From a virus (taxonomy: Duplodnaviria > Caudoviricetes), in the IMG/VR virus record IMGVR_UViG_3300050142_000050, positions 64,001 through 128,000 of that record: 64,000 nucleotides of DNA. One strand, 5' to 3'. Numbering within the stretch: position 1 is the first letter of the stretch; every line of letters starts with the position of its first letter. Below the pieces are notes generated by a model. The model was not told where the DNA came from. It saw nothing but the letters and a program-made list of their open reading frames with translations, and did not search any database. Positions 62,453 through 64,000 of the stretch are shown here, one piece after another. The position numbers and the translations under genes are program-made.

Positions 62453-63712
62453 ATGACGGATATCAAGGTAAATCAATCTACCGCAGACGGTGCAGCCATC
62501 GGCACGATTTTTGGCCAGATTGCTACCGGTCTCACTCAAGCGAGTGCCCTCCTGGGTAGCCCGGGCACGATCGCCAATCAGACCAAGGCAGCTCGCCTCG
62601 AATATAACATCTTCGTCGACGAGAACTTGTCGGGCGAGCCCGTCCTCGAAAACATCCCCCCTATCTGTCACAAGTGGTACATCGCCCAGATCATGACTGT
62701 CATGCATCTGAGCCGCCTGGTGACATCCGGAGTGAAGGTCGCTGACATCCTGTCTCCCATCACCGGTCTGACCACCGTGCAGGCTCGTGCACAATCGCGT
62801 CGCTTCGGGCTGATGCGCGCAGCTTCCGGTGGAGGTCGTCGTAAAGACGACTGGCGTGATCGTCTGGACGATGATCAGTACCAGCGTGTACAAGAACAGG
62901 AGATGTTCGACCACTTCAACAAGCTGGTGGACTCGAAGAACAAGATCGAGCAGACCGTCAAGGATGCCGAAGCCAAGGCTGCTGATGACAAGTATCAGCG
63001 CGAGAGCTCGCAGATCACGATCAACTCGGTCGAAGTCGGCAAGAACCTGATCTCGCACATCGGTGAGCTCCTCGAAGTCAAGATGACGCATCCTGAGAAT
63101 GCTTCGCATCAGATCACTGTCCCGCTCTATGTCTCGATGCGTCCGAGTGTCATGAAGGCAGAGGTCGCTCCTCGCTTCATCGACCTGGGCGTGACACGTT
63201 CGTTCTGGGAACGCTGGACGATGTGGCGGCACGGTGAGATCTCCTTCTTCAAGGAGCTCCTGGGCATGCAGGACATCCTGAAGGAACGCAGGCAGGCTTT
63301 CCATGATGAGGAAACTCGTCAGGCTTTCGCCAACTTCCGCGATCTCCTGGATCAGAAGGATGTCGGCTATTTCGGTCCGCTGCTCCATGCATTTGCTACA
63401 GGCAAGGTCAAGGCCAGTGGTAACTTGGCTAACACCGTGATGATCTTCTCGGCCGACACTGTGGAACAGGCTCGTCTGGAGAGCGGTATCAATATCTACA
63501 AGAACATGCAGCGCTACTTCGATCAGACCTATTCGATGATGGTCATCATCGTCGATCCGTCACATCGCCGTGTGCAGATCTTCATCAACGGGATCAAGGG
63601 CGATATCAATCTGTCCTATGACCAGCTCAAGCCCTCGGGTAAGGGTGGATCGATCGATCTCGATGACATGATCAAAGCGATCACCGCCGGCAACATGGGT
63701 CGTATGCGCTGA
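62453..63712 (+). CDS. Putative virion structural protein
   Basis: AGGTGG RBS before ATG 62453; RWTMWRHGEISFFKELL motif. Confidence 0.65.
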   Translation: MTDIKVNQSTADGAAIGTIFGQIATGLTQASALLGSPGTIANQTKAARLEYNIFVDENLSGEPVLENIPPICHKWYIAQIMTVMHLSRLVTSGVKVADILSPITGLTTVQARAQSRRFGLMRAASGGGRRKDDWRDRLDDDQYQRVQEQEMFDHFNKLVDSKNKIEQTVKDAEAKAADDKYQRESSQITINSVEVGKNLISHIGELLEVKMTHPENASHQITVPLYVSMRPSVMKAEVAPRFIDLGVTRSFWERWTMWRHGEISFFKELLGMQDILKERRQAFHDEETRQAFANFRDLLDQKDVGYFGPLLHAFATGKVKASGNLANTVMIFSADTVEQARLESGINIYKNMQRYFDQTYSMMVIIVDPSHRRVQIFINGIKGDINLSYDQLKPSGKGGSIDLDDMIKAITAGNMGRMR

Positions 63713-63743
63713 TCCTCAGGTAAGATATTGAAGGGATAGTTTC

Positions 63744-64000
63744 ATGGGAATTCTCAACAAGATCCAAGAGTGGCTCATGGGTACGCCCGCGCAGTCGCTC
63801 GATCGTTATAAGGTACTCGCTGAAGCGACGGGTACTCTTAACTTCCTCGACCGTGCTGACCGTTATGTCAATGCGGTCTCTTCGGATTATAACATCCGTG
63901 AACTCCTGACCGGTCGTCAGGCTCCCGATGGTACCTACAAGACCAAGGCGCTGGCCGGTTATAAGGCCTTCGTGAAGTCTGCTCCTCGCTATATTCAGCA
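63744..64000 (+). CDS. Hypothetical protein, 3'-truncated
   Basis: AAGGGA RBS; MGILNKIQEWLMGTPAQSLDRY... is open to the window end. Confidence 0.7.
   Translation, partial: MGILNKIQEWLMGTPAQSLDRYKVLAEATGTLNFLDRADRYVNAVSSDYNIRELLTGRQAPDGTYKTKALAGYKAFVKSAPRYIQ

Overview
A 64-kb segment of a phiKZ-like (chimallivirus-type) jumbo myophage genome, read in the standard genetic code. No database searches were run; family calls come from motif recognition. The core has virion RNA polymerase beta and beta' genes, followed by a tape-measure/muramidase gene and structural genes in phiKZ gp178-gp182-like order. The beta' gene is interrupted immediately after its catalytic DHDGD motif by a 1.8-kb group I intron carrying an HNH endonuclease; its second exon (45389-45565) is absent from the ORF track. 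Accessory content includes dcd, thyA, a SF2 helicase, a SAR-type lysozyme, a QueC-like protein, NYN, SLOG and NADAR-like proteins, a depolymerase-like spike and a six-module tail fibre. Non-coding highlights are: (i) an early-promoter-driven RNA locus of about 1.7 kb (38.3-39.95 kb) with tRNA-Thr, an atypical tRNA-Ser and several long unexplained structured RNA elements with C-rich loops; (ii) a dense AT-rich palindrome array flanked by alternating purine/pyrimidine GC tracts (about 23.5-24.1 kb; candidate origin); (iii) a YATATYAC-N4-RTG promoter family; (iv) 19 related terminator hairpins; (v) a duplicated hairpin element between small genes at 28.3/28.7 kb. An alphaproteobacterial (possibly sphingomonad) host is inferred weakly.
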